Below are positions 16,925-27,459 of a stretch of 45,812 bases of DNA, piece after piece. Every line of letters starts with the position of its first letter. Position 1 is the stretch's first letter. The stretch spans positions 1 through 45,812 of the IMG/VR virus record IMGVR_UViG_3300033402_000513; one strand, 5' to 3'. The DNA is from a virus. Taxonomy: Duplodnaviria; Caudoviricetes. Under the pieces are notes generated by a model that saw only the letters and a program-made list of their open reading frames with translations, had not been told where the DNA came from and made no database searches. Position numbers and translations under genes: made by a program.

Positions 16925-19900
16925 ATGCCCGACACCATCGGCCGCATCACCGTCCCCACGGTGATCAACTCCGGCCAGACATTCCCGCTCACCACGCAGT
17001 ACCCGTTCGGCTTCTCCGTCGAACGCCCGGTGATCGTGCATCGCTTCGGCAGCCTCGACGCCAAGCAGGAGCAGCGTTACTACGTCGGGATCGGCCCACG
17101 CAAGTTTCAGTTCAAGCACCAGAACCTGAACTGGGCCGAAACGAACCAGCTCAAGGCGTTCTGGGAAGCCATGCAGGGGCCGTGGAAAGCGTTCACTTAC
17201 AACGTCCCCAACCCCGGCGGCACGACCACCGGCGTGCTGGTGACCTTCGAGCAGACGCCGATCTCGTTTGAATACCTGCGCAACGCGGTGCAGGTGGGAC
17301 TGAACCTCATCGAGGTTGTAGATCCAACGCAATCCCCTGCGTACACGATCAACTCCACCTGCCTGCGGTTCCCCTCTACCGCACTGTCCACGGCACTGCT
17401 TTCCGAAGTCCAGCAGATCGTCCCACTGGTGCACATCCGCGTGCGCGAATCTGCGGTCGCCGACATCTACGTCTCCGACCGTCGCGTCACGGTGGGCGGC
17501 CAGCTATACCTGCCGCGCCTGATCGGAATCGGCGAGCCTGGCTCCGACGTCCTGATTTCGCAGGACATCAAAGGCACCTCCGATAACGTCCGGTTCACCT
17601 TCGGCAACGGCGACCGCGTGATGACGCAACTCGCCAATGACACGGATCTGAAGTACGCCGAGATCGACCTCTGCCTGTTCCACGTCAATTCCGGAATTCT
17701 GCTGCAGCTTTGGAAAGGCGTCATCCAAAACTTCACCAGCGATGGAACGCCGATCTTCCCGGTAACGTGCTCCGACGGGTTCTTCCAGATCATGAACCAG
17801 TACCCGGAGCGGCAGCTCAGCCGCCAGTGCTGGAAGACCTACAACGATGGTGTGAACTGTCCGTGGACCACGAGAGGGCACAGCGCCGCGGCGGTGACTG
17901 CGGCGGGCGGCGATCCCACGACCTGCGACTATTATCTCGAATCGGCGAACGGTTGCCAGGTGCATGGCATGGCTCCCTACTTCGGCGCGCACCAGGCCGA
18001 CCCACAGGGCGTCGTCATCAAGGACGATTCAACCGGCTTCCTCGGCTTCGGACGCAACACAGTTACCGCGACTTCGATTGTTTCGGACACGATCTGGGGT
18101 CTGGCATTGCCCGAAATCTGGTGCAACAGCGGTGGAAACCCACTGTTCGCCTTCCTGGCCACGGCCTTGATGGTCGATTACCGCGACGAATCGGGCTATG
18201 CCGACTCGCTCGGCATTCTCAGTGCCGGGCCTCTCGGCGGATTCACCGCGTCGATGGTCGTCACCAACGCCGACGGCTACCGATACGTGGTCGCACCGAT
18301 GGTCGATGGCTACCTCTGGCAGGGCCTCAAGCTCGACGGCAACCTGAACGTCACAAAGTACCAGCCGGACATGGGGTTGCGCTACGTCACCGGCAGCGAC
18401 CCAGCGAATTCGAGCACCGACTATTTCTCGCTCGGCCAAGGGTCGCCGCAGGTCTGGGAGCCGAATGTTTACGCGGCGGGCACGGCAGCGTGCGAGATTC
18501 GCATCGTCAAGTCCACCACGATTCAGCCCAGCACTCCCGACCAGCACCAGATGACGGTCCCCATCGATTACGGGATGTGGGGCTGGACGTGGGACCAGAA
18601 CGGCAACCGGACGGCGATCAGAGGCCTCATCAATCCGTTCTGGATCGCCGTCAACATGCTGCTGCGCGCGATGGGTCTGTATGGCGATCCGTCCACCGGC
18701 TCGAATCCTGCCGGCGGAAGCGGCCCGACGTCGTTCGCGCAGCTCGCCACGTTCGTGCTGCCGTCGCTCATAGTGGGCGATGGAAGCGGTGCGGCCGAGA
18801 TCGCGGCTGACCAGGTCGCAGCCATCCTTGGTACCGGCGTGGAGACGCAGTTCCAGTTCCAGGGAATCATCAGCAGCCAGAAGCCGTTCCGCGACTGGCT
18901 CACCGAGGTGCTCAATTGCTGCTTGGGATTCTACACCTGGGAGTTCGGGAAGCTGAAGCTCGGATGCCGCATCAACGCCAGCGCGGTGGATGCATACACG
19001 CTCGCCAACTCTCTGTTTCAAAGCCTGCGGCTGACGCCGATTCAAGCCGGGTTCGAGCACTTGGTGCTTTCGTTCGCCGACGTCGCCTATCAATACCAGG
19101 CCAACACGGCAGAGTATTGCGATAAGAGCCACGCGGCGTATTACGGGCGCGGCGGATCTCCGCTCACCAGCCAAATGCATTCGGTGGGCTGTTCGACGCT
19201 GAGCCAGGCGTTGCGCATCGGAGCAACCCGCACGCGCGAAGAGATCGGCGGCGTGAATCCCGCCGAGTGGCGCGACGCGCGCAATGCCGCATGGCAGACC
19301 ACCCTGCTTGGTCTCGGCAACGAGGTCGGACAGGTGGTCTCGATGACGCATCCCGACATCCCCGGACTCCATGGGACATGCAACGTCACCGGCACCTCGG
19401 TCACTTGGGCCAGCGGCGATGCCTTCGACACGTCCATGCAGAACAAGGAGGTCGTGATCAACGGCGTGCAGGTGCTGATCACGGGCTACACGACGGACCC
19501 GACCTACCACACGGTAACCGGCTTGCTCCTGGCTTCGGCGCCGGGCAACGGAACCAATCTTCCGTTCCAAATTGTGACGATGTCCTTCAGGATTCAGCGA
19601 TGGAGCCTGAAGAAGGACTGGTCGGTGCAGATCGAGGGCCAGACCGTCACCGATTCCATGTACGACCTGGACGTGGGACCGAAGCCGATGGACGTCGTGC
19701 CCGGACCCCTGCCGCCCCTGTTCTATTCGATTCCGCTCGGGCCAGCGTGGGCACCATACCAAGTGGAGGCCGCAGCGAACGACGCGCTGTTTCCGGGCGA
19801 GTGGACCTTCGATACGAACCAGTCCTACGCGCAGATGGCCGACGGCAGCATGCTCGCGAACCTTGTGGTGACTGGGAAGCTGCCAGTTAACGAGTTCAGC

Positions 19901-21343
19901 GCAACTGGCGCGGGTGCGCCCGGAATTGGATCGATCTCGCAGTCCGCGACGGGCGGATCGTTGCCAGCGAACGTGACGTTGCGCGTTGCCATCTGTGCGG
20001 TCGATTCGAACGGGCTTCCTTCGGCTCCGTCGAACATCGCCATCATAGGGACCGGCGCGGCGGCGGGTGGCGCGTTCACACTGGAGAACATTACCTGGCC
20101 GGCGGTCGCGGGCCTCGTTTCCTACGTGTTGTTCGTGGCTACCCAGGACGATCTGATCTGCGCGCAGGCCACCGGAGCGCTGACAGCGGGTCCGAATAGC
20201 ACTTACACGCCTGGATCGATCACCTTCGGCGGGCCGTTGGTGCGCTCGACGTGGGCCCTGCCGTCGCCATACGTCAGCAAGGTCCGGCTGAAAGCCAAGC
20301 ATGAGATTCATGGCGGGATCATCGGCGCGCCCGTCGATAGCGTCTCAACCGGGGCGCTCGTGGTCGGGTACCTGAAAGGCAGCCCGCCATCCAGTAATCC
20401 TTCGTTCACGCCGGTGGGCCGCATCATCTCGATCATCGGCAGGCCGGAAAGTGCCACACCGTACTTCAGCGCAACGGTCACGTCGTGGGATTCCAGCACC
20501 GGAACCATCGGCGTCACTCCGGACCCCAACGGCATTGTGCAGTCGGGCGACTGCCTCGTCCTCCGGTTCAACGCCGATGCTTCGAACTCCGCGAACCCCA
20601 CATCCATAACGGACTCCGGGTGCCAGAACATCGCTTATCCCGGTGGTATGACACCCGGTGCGGAGGTGGGCAACCTGGTGCGAGTGATCAAAGGTGTCTC
20701 GCGCGGCACGCCGCCGCGGAAGATCACCGCGAACACGGCGATCACCATCACCTGGGACCTCCCCATGGTCATCAACCCCGGCGACGTGTGGATCATCGAG
20801 GAGCCGACGTGGCCGTACTCCTGCGACACAACCTCGCTCGATAACGGCAACCCGCTGGCGGTGACCACGATCAACATGCCCACCGGCAATTTCGTGGACG
20901 AGGCCCTCGTGATCGCGGGTTTTACGGTTGACGTGAACGGTAACGAATCGCCAGACGGTGATGCGCCGATCCGCGAGGACTGGGTGTTCGGCGCGGAAGG
21001 GCTCTCGAAGGTCGCTGGCCTCGTCTTTCAGATGCAGGGCACGCTTGGTGTGGAATCCAACGCCGCGCAGCCTCTCTATTTGAACCGCCCCGTCACTGTC
21101 GGTGACGTGAAGGCTTACGTCCAGGCCGCGCCCACCGGCGCGGCGATCACGTTCACGATCTACGTGGGCGGCTCCGCCTGGCTGACCTTGACCATTCCTG
21201 CCGGCCAGACGGCAGTGGTTGCCACTCCGTCGCAGGTCGGCGCTCTTACCGAGATCCCGGCGAACACGGCAGTCTCTATCGGCATTACGGCGGTCGGGAC
21301 AACGTTCCCCGGTTCGAACCTCTCGGTCTTCATCTACTCGTAA
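16925..21343 (+). CDS. Large tail tip/hub protein (Dit-like + gpL-like + gpJ-like fusion)
   Basis: 1472 aa; N-terminal LKAFWEAMQGPWKAFTY resembles Dit; Cys cluster CWKTY..NCPW..CDY..NGC; central tail-hub region; beta-rich C-terminus. Confidence 0.75.
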   Translation: MPDTIGRITVPTVINSGQTFPLTTQYPFGFSVERPVIVHRFGSLDAKQEQRYYVGIGPRKFQFKHQNLNWAETNQLKAFWEAMQGPWKAFTYNVPNPGGTTTGVLVTFEQTPISFEYLRNAVQVGLNLIEVVDPTQSPAYTINSTCLRFPSTALSTALLSEVQQIVPLVHIRVRESAVADIYVSDRRVTVGGQLYLPRLIGIGEPGSDVLISQDIKGTSDNVRFTFGNGDRVMTQLANDTDLKYAEIDLCLFHVNSGILLQLWKGVIQNFTSDGTPIFPVTCSDGFFQIMNQYPERQLSRQCWKTYNDGVNCPWTTRGHSAAAVTAAGGDPTTCDYYLESANGCQVHGMAPYFGAHQADPQGVVIKDDSTGFLGFGRNTVTATSIVSDTIWGLALPEIWCNSGGNPLFAFLATALMVDYRDESGYADSLGILSAGPLGGFTASMVVTNADGYRYVVAPMVDGYLWQGLKLDGNLNVTKYQPDMGLRYVTGSDPANSSTDYFSLGQGSPQVWEPNVYAAGTAACEIRIVKSTTIQPSTPDQHQMTVPIDYGMWGWTWDQNGNRTAIRGLINPFWIAVNMLLRAMGLYGDPSTGSNPAGGSGPTSFAQLATFVLPSLIVGDGSGAAEIAADQVAAILGTGVETQFQFQGIISSQKPFRDWLTEVLNCCLGFYTWEFGKLKLGCRINASAVDAYTLANSLFQSLRLTPIQAGFEHLVLSFADVAYQYQANTAEYCDKSHAAYYGRGGSPLTSQMHSVGCSTLSQALRIGATRTREEIGGVNPAEWRDARNAAWQTTLLGLGNEVGQVVSMTHPDIPGLHGTCNVTGTSVTWASGDAFDTSMQNKEVVINGVQVLITGYTTDPTYHTVTGLLLASAPGNGTNLPFQIVTMSFRIQRWSLKKDWSVQIEGQTVTDSMYDLDVGPKPMDVVPGPLPPLFYSIPLGPAWAPYQVEAAANDALFPGEWTFDTNQSYAQMADGSMLANLVVTGKLPVNEFSATGAGAPGIGSISQSATGGSLPANVTLRVAICAVDSNGLPSAPSNIAIIGTGAAAGGAFTLENITWPAVAGLVSYVLFVATQDDLICAQATGALTAGPNSTYTPGSITFGGPLVRSTWALPSPYVSKVRLKAKHEIHGGIIGAPVDSVSTGALVVGYLKGSPPSSNPSFTPVGRIISIIGRPESATPYFSATVTSWDSSTGTIGVTPDPNGIVQSGDCLVLRFNADASNSANPTSITDSGCQNIAYPGGMTPGAEVGNLVRVIKGVSRGTPPRKITANTAITITWDLPMVINPGDVWIIEEPTWPYSCDTTSLDNGNPLAVTTINMPTGNFVDEALVIAGFTVDVNGNESPDGDAPIREDWVFGAEGLSKVAGLVFQMQGTLGVESNAAQPLYLNRPVTVGDVKAYVQAAPTGAAITFTIYVGGSAWLTLTIPAGQTAVVATPSQVGALTEIPANTAVSIGITAVGTTFPGSNLSVFIYS

Positions 21344-24300
21344 TGGACCCGATCTACAAGCTGCAGCCGCATCGCACGATGGCGTTGCAGGGCTTCGACG
21401 ATTACGGCGCGGCAGCGGCACTTTGGGGCGCGTCCGACACCGGCTTCACCGTGTCGGGCGTGTTCCGCGACCTCGCCGATTTCGCTGTGCTGGTCCTGTT
21501 CCAGAAAGACGATCCGTTCGGCCACCCGCTGTTCTCGTATCTTCCGGATGGCGATCTGACGGGCCTCGTGCTCGATTTCGACGTCACCTGGCAGGGCATC
21601 CAGGCGTGGGAATCGCTCAAGAGCGCGTGGACGGATTGGAACACCCTCGACTACTCCGTCAACGGCGTCGGTCACACCGACGTGAAGTGGATTGGAACGA
21701 CGGGCATCACGATCACGTGCAACACGACTGGGCGCGCGGGGGCATCGGCCACCTTCACGCTCAACCAAACCAGCGCGCAGGCTGGCGACAAGGTCACGCT
21801 GTGGTATCAGAACCAGTCGTTCATCAGCCCAGCGATCATTCCCGGCAATCCGACCACCGACCAGGCTCTGTGGTGGCAGGGATCGGTGGCGACTACCGAC
21901 CAAGCGCTGTGGTGGCAGGGGAACGCGGCTTATAACCATTGGGTCAAGATCGGATCGAACACCTATTCCTGCCTCGAGGGATCGCTGAACAGCGCGGGTG
22001 TCGCGAGCAACGTCGCCGCCCAGATCAATGCCTCCGATCCAAATTGCTCCTGCACCACGGGAGGCGCCTATGGCAACGAGATCTTCATTGCGCTGAGGTC
22101 CGGTGAGTATGGCCCCGTGGCAGTGTCTAGCTCCGACGGCTCTGGGGGCACCACGCTGTCGAACTACCAGCACTGGGTGAAAATCAGCAGCGTCACGTAT
22201 TCCTGCTACGAAGGATCGCTGAACAGCGCGCAGATAGCGGCCAACGTCGCGGCGCAGATCAACGCTAACGACCCGAACTGCACGGCCACGGTGGGAGGCC
22301 AGTACAACAACGAGATCCTCATTACGCTGAAGGCCGGCGTCGCGGGCCCAATTGCGGTGTCGAGTTCGGATGGCTCCGCGGCTGCATCGCTGACGCAAGG
22401 CACGAGCGCGGCGACCATCCTGAACAACATCGCCGGCCAAATCAACGGAACGAACTGGGTGCTGAACGGCCCCGTCGTGCTCAGCGCCGCCGTGGTTGCG
22501 CCGAACCAGTTGGTGATCACGGCCGCGCCGGGAGCCGACGGCAACATGGTGGCGTTCTACCAGACGGACAACAACAGCAGCAGCCGTCTTTACTTCACCG
22601 CGAGCAACTGGAACCTGTCCGGCGGCTCATCGGATAACGTCTCGTGGCACGTTCACATCGATTTCACCGCCCTCGGTTGGAGCAATGTGGACAAGGTCTG
22701 GTGGACCATCGCTCCGGCGCTCCCGAACAGCCAGGCGTACCCGTCCACTGAGTGGAAGGTGGTGGTCACCAACTGGACGGTGACCAGCAGCCCGGCCAGC
22801 AAGCGCGCGCTCAAGGTGGCCGGACCCGGGTCGGTCCGCATCGAGGAAGACAGCACCTGGGCCACCACGTCCGGATACTGGGAACCCGCGCCAGGCAACG
22901 ACCCGGTGAACGGCGCATTCGCCTTCTGGAGCCAGGGGCGCGCGATTCGGGCGGCGGCTTCCGGGACCAGCGTCACCGTCGAGACGCACTGCCAGTACGC
23001 GCACTCCATCTACGTTGGCACGCGGCTAGATACCACCTGCGGCATCGTGACCGCCACGTTGGACGGAGGTGCGCCGGTGACGCTCGATTGTTATTACCCC
23101 ACCGCCACGACTTCCCAGACTCGACGCCTGCTCTTCTCCGGCGTTGCAGCAGGGCAGCACAAGGTGCTGATCACGCTCTCGGGCAATAAGAACGCTTCGA
23201 GCCAGGGCTGGTATTTCTATTTCGATTTCCTGGAATGCGCGGTGGCGAGCGACGTCCCCGATCCGGTGGCGACGACTACCGCCGTGGCGGTGGCCACCGA
23301 CTTCGACACGGACAACACCTACAAGCTGTCGCCGCAGAGGCTGGTGTGGAACATTCAGAAGCTCGGGCTGCTGGGCGAGATCGATCACTACTGCGGTGTC
23401 TTCTGGTGGAAGCAGTCGGTGGCGTCCAATCCCGCGTACCCCACATGCACGGTCACGTTCTCCGGCAATTGGAACGACCAGGATGTCATCTGGCTGCACA
23501 TTGGCGCCTCGGCTATCGGCAAGACAGTGTTCGGCGGCCAGGACAGCAGCAATACCATCGCGCGGCACTTCGCCAATTTCATCAACGCGATCTTTGACGG
23601 CGTCTGGGCCTCTGTCTCCGGCAGCACGCTGTCGGTAACTTCCCATTCGTTCGCGAGCGGTTGGCAGTATCACGTCTACACGGAACTGCCCGCGTCCAAT
23701 ACCGGCAGCGGCCACGCCGCGGTGACCGGCGACATGCAAGGCGGCACGTATGGCGTGAAGTGGGTCATCGATCCAACCCAGACGCCGGTGCTCAACCGGG
23801 CGTTCCGCGATTGGAACTCGGATTTCTTCAGCCTGCTCAAGGCGAACAACATGAGCGCGGTCTGCTCGTTCTCCCAGGAACTGGTGCAACCGCCGGATAA
23901 TCCTGCCGGTGGCGCTGTCTGGGTTCAACGCTTCCCCGACGGCACAGCGGTCGAAACCGCAACGGGATTCGGCACGTTGAACAGTTCGCAGATCGCCTTC
24001 AGCTCCGGGCCGCAGAACTACATGGGTCAAGCCTTCGCCGCGATGGCCGGCCTGATGCTGGCGGCAGGATTGACGCCCAAACTCCAGTTCGGCGAAATCC
24101 TCTGGTGGTTCCTGGCGAACGCGTCCGGGATGGCGTTTCACGACGCGGACACGCAGGCCGCCGCACAGTCGGCACTCGGCCGCGCGCTGGCGACCTTCCA
24201 CACGCCGAACGACGATCCCTCGCTCAACAGCTACGCCGACGCAAACTTTCTGCGGACGCGCCTGTACAACTACGTGGCCGCGATTCAGAGCTATGTTCTG

Positions 24301-24708
24301 TCGCAGTGCCCCTCTGCCGTGTTCGAACTGCTGTGGCCGATGGACGTGAACGATCCGGACAACTGCAAGCTGACGCGGTACATCAACCTGCCCTCGCAAT
24401 GGACGACACGCTCAGGCTCCGGCTTCGACACGTTCCTCATCGAGGGCTACCAATATCCGGGAATCAACCACAACCTCGACCAGGCGACCCGGTGCGCGCA
24501 GTACCCATGGAAGGAACTCTCCTGGGACCAAGCCCACTGCCGCTACTTGATGGGCCTGTACTACAGCACCTGGCCATGGATGCGTGAGTTCGTAAACGCC
24601 AGCCGTATTGGACCGCCGGCCATCAAGCTCTGGGCCTACGACCACGTGTGCCTGTTCGGATGGCCGCTACCGCTGCCCACGAGCGACGACAGCTCCTTTA
24701 TCTACTGA
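21343..24708 (+). CDS. Tail-associated/receptor-binding protein with internal repeats and a C-terminal TIM-barrel/glycosidase-like domain
   Basis: 1121 aa; TAATG coupling to the hub gene; Ser/Thr/Gly-rich repeats; LQFGEILWWF region in the C-terminal domain. Confidence 0.65.
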   Translation: MDPIYKLQPHRTMALQGFDDYGAAAALWGASDTGFTVSGVFRDLADFAVLVLFQKDDPFGHPLFSYLPDGDLTGLVLDFDVTWQGIQAWESLKSAWTDWNTLDYSVNGVGHTDVKWIGTTGITITCNTTGRAGASATFTLNQTSAQAGDKVTLWYQNQSFISPAIIPGNPTTDQALWWQGSVATTDQALWWQGNAAYNHWVKIGSNTYSCLEGSLNSAGVASNVAAQINASDPNCSCTTGGAYGNEIFIALRSGEYGPVAVSSSDGSGGTTLSNYQHWVKISSVTYSCYEGSLNSAQIAANVAAQINANDPNCTATVGGQYNNEILITLKAGVAGPIAVSSSDGSAAASLTQGTSAATILNNIAGQINGTNWVLNGPVVLSAAVVAPNQLVITAAPGADGNMVAFYQTDNNSSSRLYFTASNWNLSGGSSDNVSWHVHIDFTALGWSNVDKVWWTIAPALPNSQAYPSTEWKVVVTNWTVTSSPASKRALKVAGPGSVRIEEDSTWATTSGYWEPAPGNDPVNGAFAFWSQGRAIRAAASGTSVTVETHCQYAHSIYVGTRLDTTCGIVTATLDGGAPVTLDCYYPTATTSQTRRLLFSGVAAGQHKVLITLSGNKNASSQGWYFYFDFLECAVASDVPDPVATTTAVAVATDFDTDNTYKLSPQRLVWNIQKLGLLGEIDHYCGVFWWKQSVASNPAYPTCTVTFSGNWNDQDVIWLHIGASAIGKTVFGGQDSSNTIARHFANFINAIFDGVWASVSGSTLSVTSHSFASGWQYHVYTELPASNTGSGHAAVTGDMQGGTYGVKWVIDPTQTPVLNRAFRDWNSDFFSLLKANNMSAVCSFSQELVQPPDNPAGGAVWVQRFPDGTAVETATGFGTLNSSQIAFSSGPQNYMGQAFAAMAGLMLAAGLTPKLQFGEILWWFLANASGMAFHDADTQAAAQSALGRALATFHTPNDDPSLNSYADANFLRTRLYNYVAAIQSYVLSQCPSAVFELLWPMDVNDPDNCKLTRYINLPSQWTTRSGSGFDTFLIEGYQYPGINHNLDQATRCAQYPWKELSWDQAHCRYLMGLYYSTWPWMREFVNASRIGPPAIKLWAYDHVCLFGWPLPLPTSDDSSFIY
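21853..22404 (+). repeat. In-frame tandem duplications in the tail protein
   Basis: 39-bp unit (TTDQALWWQG, twice, at 21853 and 21892) and 234-bp unit (HWVKI...SCxEGSLNSA...VSSSDGS, twice, at 21937 and 22171). Confidence 0.9.
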
Positions 24709-25136
24709 CGTCAGTGCAACGATCCGAAGAACTGATACGTGCCCACGTGGGCGTCGCGGACGGCGCTCGTCGCGGGCCGGAATCGCCTGCACGTTCGTGA
24801 GTCTTCGCAAAAGCACGATGTCGTTATCCTCCACCCACTCCCCGCAACCGTAGTCCCATTTCATACACGGCGAATCGCGAGGTCACTGCACCGACCGCGG
24901 CCATCGCCGATTCCAGTTGTCCCTCTCCCATCGCTCTTGCCGTCCTCCCCGTTTACCCCAAGTGCGTCGGCTGAACGCATGACCGCGACGCCGTAAGCCA
25001 TCCCCATGTTGGTCGGGCTCACCGCGTTCTGCTAATCTAGCCTGCAAGCCGCCCAGTCCTTCTTTGATTCACCAGGGCGAAGGCTGGAACGTATTCCAGC
25101 AACCGGCGGCTTCAGGCAGGGAATCGCCGAGGAGCG

Positions 25137-27347
25137 ATGCCGACCCAACTACCGGAAGACGCGCGGCGAAGACTCGAAGCAGGCCAGGGCGACTTGCGCG
25201 ACCGCTGCTGGCAGAACGTTCAGCGACTTCACAAATGGTCGGGCAAGTTGGAGAGGGATGGTCCTTCCGGCGAGGACGCCGACTACTACGAGTCCATGGG
25301 GCCGCGTTCGCTGTTTCTAGGCCCGATTGTGTGGGATGGGCCGACGGATAAGCGAAAGTTGGGCTGGGACGAGATCACGGCTGCACTCCGTTTAAAGGTC
25401 CACGATTTATTGGGGCGCTACGCACGTGAACTCGCGGCGTTGGCTGGTGGGGAGTGGTGGTCCCTGGGGTTGACGGGCGCGGAATTCGAGTCGCGGATGG
25501 CTGCCGTTCTCCAGTCCGTTCTCGCTGACCTGAAAAACGTCGCCAAGGACGCGGACTCAGATCTCGGACTGGACTTGGAGATCGAACCGCTGGTGGCGGA
25601 CCTGAGTACTGGCCTGCAGGCGTGGTGCGATGACTACGTGGAGCGGTATGGCGCACATGCCGGGCTTTACGGAACGGCAGAAACCGGCAACGATGCGCCA
25701 CCGGGAGCCCGGCAGGCAGGCGCATCGTCTCTGAAAGATCGATTGCGCGTCACGTCGATTGACGGCTCGGTTCGGTGGATCAATCCTGAGGGCTCCGATC
25801 CTGAGGCGAGCATTTGGACGCCCGAAGACGAGAAGCGCATCTCAGCATGCGTGTTCGACGGCCGGGCGGCAGTTAGAAACGAACTGGAAGGCATCTTCTC
25901 CGGAAAAGAGTGGCCCGCGCTGGCGGCTCTCGTCGAACCCTTCCGGCGCTATGCGGTCGCGGTCTTTGATGTTTACGCCTCAGCCTATAGCCATGTGGCC
26001 CGAACGTTGGCAGCCTACCAGGAAGCACTCGATCAACTACTGCTTCCGATGGTGCTCAGGGATCTCTTCGGTCGCGAGTGGGACCGCTGCCCCGGTGAGA
26101 AGGTAATACGGATGCTCTGGCAAGATGGGCCGGACGGAAAACCCGAGGGCCGAGAGGTTGCCGTAGTGGCGGGAAATGACCCGGACCCGACCTGTGTCTT
26201 CTACGATTTGCTGAGCAATGCAATTGAACACCGATTCCGTTTCTTTGAACCGTTGCCGCCGCCCGCGCCGGGGGAGCCGCCGGGTATCAATCTGACGAAC
26301 CTGGAATGGTGGCAGTACATCGGGCTGAGCGAACGGCACAGCCTCGCGATGGCTATCAAGCCATACATAGAAGACCGAGTTGCACACTGGCGATTCATTT
26401 ACTCTCCGACCACGCCACCAGACTCCGCTAACACTCGCGGCGCAGCGCAGGGCGATTTGGCGCAACAGCCGGAGCATCCAGACTCGGGAGCGGTCAGGCC
26501 CCCAGCGTCAATGGCTGCTCGGGTGTCATCGTCGAGCGAAGCGAGGTCGATGGATTCGCCAACCAGGGTCAAATTCGAAACTGGGCTGGCGCTTGCCGAG
26601 GTGACGTTGGCTCAGGATTTGAAGGACCTCGGTCCGAGCTTGGAGATTGCGCGAAAGTATGTTACCAGCGCGACGCTGACTTTAGCCCGGTGTATTCTGA
26701 CTCCGGACTGCGCGGAGCCATACGAGGCAATCCGGCGGGCCTACGATTTCGCAGAGTGGTTCGCCGCGGAAACAATGAAGACGGCATGGGTCTGGCTGTG
26801 CGTCTTCTCAGAGATGAACACATCGGGTAAATTGGAAAAACACAAACGCGAGGGAAGGACGGAGGACGGCGCGCCCAAGGGGATGACCGAGGCTGAACTG
26901 CGCGAATGGCATGGATGCCTCTCCGGGGTCGCCCAGGAGGCCCTGGACGAGTTCGTCCCTGAGTTCTGGAAGGAACGGCTCAAGTACTTCTCGGGCATTG
27001 CCGGCGGAGGCGCGCCGACTGAATCGGAAACTCCGAGAGCAACCGAGGACCGCCGGGACCCAGACGCGTCGGTACAAGAACCGTCTGCTTCGCCCGTCGA
27101 TTCCGATGTGCCACGACAGGATCGCACCAAGCCGCGACCGGGCAAGGAGCGGAAAGGCGACGCCTCCCTGCTGGCGGGCAAGCGCGCGGTCAACTTTAGG
27201 ACAGCAGAACAGTACCTTGGCCTCACGGAGCGCCAACGGCAGAATCTCGTTAGGGACCAGATACTGATCGTTGAAGGAAAGGGTCAGAACAAGAAAATCA
27301 CGACCGATTCCCTCAGAGCTTACCTGCCGCCAGAAAACCCGAACTAA
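25137..27347 (+). CDS. Large hypothetical protein with C-terminal Xis/MerR-like HTH
   Basis: 736 aa; GAGGAG RBS; C-terminal VNFRTAEQYLGLTERQRQNLV...ITTDSLRAYL. Confidence 0.7.
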   Translation: MPTQLPEDARRRLEAGQGDLRDRCWQNVQRLHKWSGKLERDGPSGEDADYYESMGPRSLFLGPIVWDGPTDKRKLGWDEITAALRLKVHDLLGRYARELAALAGGEWWSLGLTGAEFESRMAAVLQSVLADLKNVAKDADSDLGLDLEIEPLVADLSTGLQAWCDDYVERYGAHAGLYGTAETGNDAPPGARQAGASSLKDRLRVTSIDGSVRWINPEGSDPEASIWTPEDEKRISACVFDGRAAVRNELEGIFSGKEWPALAALVEPFRRYAVAVFDVYASAYSHVARTLAAYQEALDQLLLPMVLRDLFGREWDRCPGEKVIRMLWQDGPDGKPEGREVAVVAGNDPDPTCVFYDLLSNAIEHRFRFFEPLPPPAPGEPPGINLTNLEWWQYIGLSERHSLAMAIKPYIEDRVAHWRFIYSPTTPPDSANTRGAAQGDLAQQPEHPDSGAVRPPASMAARVSSSSEARSMDSPTRVKFETGLALAEVTLAQDLKDLGPSLEIARKYVTSATLTLARCILTPDCAEPYEAIRRAYDFAEWFAAETMKTAWVWLCVFSEMNTSGKLEKHKREGRTEDGAPKGMTEAELREWHGCLSGVAQEALDEFVPEFWKERLKYFSGIAGGGAPTESETPRATEDRRDPDASVQEPSASPVDSDVPRQDRTKPRPGKERKGDASLLAGKRAVNFRTAEQYLGLTERQRQNLVRDQILIVEGKGQNKKITTDSLRAYLPPENPN

Positions 27348-27373
27348 CCCGAAACAAACCGAAACGAACCGAA
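27335..27373 (+). repeat. Four helically phased direct repeats (putative DNA-binding array)
   Basis: CCGAA at 27339, 27349, 27359 and 27369 (10-bp period), upstream of the xis-like gene. Confidence 0.75.
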
Positions 27374-27459
27374 GCGCCCCGCAATTTATCTCGTTTTAAA
27401 TCAACTTGTTAGCAGCTATTCTCAACTCGTAGCCCGAAATATCAATCAGGGAGTACGCG

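Noticed and set aside
21343-25136. Diversity-generating retroelement or invertible tail-fibre cassette
   Set aside because: No reverse transcriptase or invertase; the repeats are in-frame tandem copies without adenine-specific variation
24709-25136. Lysis genes, att site or small ORFs in the gap after the tail gene
   Set aside because: Only short, unconvincing ORFs; no tRNA-like core or holin-like hydrophobic ORF seen
27335-27373. CRISPR array
   Set aside because: 10-bp periodic repeats with no spacers and no cas genes in the window
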